From assembly GCA_001244265.2 (NCBI GenBank), contig LN717261.1, positions 2,867,591 to 2,931,590 of the forward strand: a stretch of DNA of 64,000 nucleotides. Direction: 5' to 3'. Position 1 is the first letter of the stretch. Every line of letters starts with the position of its first letter. Origin of the DNA: Microbotryum violaceum (taxonomy: Eukaryota). Of the stretch, positions 63,235 to 64,000 are shown one piece after another. The notes under the pieces were generated by a model. It did not search any database, was not told where the DNA came from, and saw only the letters and a program-made list of their open reading frames with translations. The position numbers were made by a program, and so were the translations under genes.

Positions 63235-64000
63235 TATTATGTAGTTTTAAGGATGATATGTAGTTTTAAGGATTAAGGACATAAAAAAAAGGTCGATCCG
63301 CGACCATGTACCTAAAATCGCGGTTTTTCACTGTGTTGCGGCCCTCTGGGCCGCCTACAGTGAAGGCACCAGTACAGTATTGCGTCTGCCGCACCTGCCT
63401 GTGCTATTGGCGTCACGACCAGAAGTCATGTACGACCTTTTCCGCATTTTCTGCACCATAAAAGTCGAGCTACAGCCCGAAGACAATTTTTGTCGAATTT
63501 TGGCAGGGTGCGCAACTATTGAGCAGTTTGTGTGGGATTTAATGTATAGCAAGCGCGTGGGTTTGCATGACACTTCTTCTACAGAGCTCAGAGGTTGTCC
63601 CGCTGTCTTTGCGGGCGCGGCTTACGGATGCGCCGTCAATCACGTGATGTGTATTGTTTACAACGCGACACCGGTTTTAGGGGCTGAACAACAACAGGAT
63701 CTTCCAGGGGCTGTAAATAGTCCCGCGATACTCTCTCTAATTCTTTCCTTTCCCTCCCACTCACCGAATTTTTGTGACAACCGCGCCGAGTCTGGCGCGA
63801 GGATAGCGTACCGCCGTGCCATGGGAGACCATGGGCCTGCTCGAGCTTACTCGAGCGCCTGCTGCTTGGCCCGCTGCTCGACTCTCCTCTTTGTCCCGCT
63901 CCGATCAACAGAATCAGCTCCCCGCGCACAATGACAACCACTCGACCGATCTTGGTATTACGACCCGTATAAGCGTCCGCCGTACAGCTTTGTAGAACGG
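63235..64000 (+). mobile_element. 5' part of a further Helitron-family copy running off the window
   Basis: 63290-63700 is the inverted homologue of 58250-58690; 63740-64000 is the inverted homologue of 60594-60920. Confidence 0.8.

Overview
Eukaryotic, intron-containing fungal DNA, most consistent with a Pucciniomycotina basidiomycete such as Microbotryum (inference from gene content and a TCG-biased mutation pattern). Roughly three quarters of the window is nested, decaying transposons: two copies of a long-TIR Mutator-like element encoding a GCM-type zinc finger/DDE transposase plus a USP-fold cysteine peptidase, an AcademH-like transposon (transposase + RecQ-like helicase), four Copia LTR elements, one L1-clade LINE, four Helitron-family copies and a hAT MITE. 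Apparently intact host genes are an LCAT-like alpha/beta hydrolase, PAN6, SPC3 and a single-TM protein; a degraded APC1 relic lies between PAN6 and SPC3. The most unusual item is the GCM-MULE carrying a deubiquitinase/deSUMOylase-like protease. All calls come from motif recognition and manual alignment; no database searches were run.
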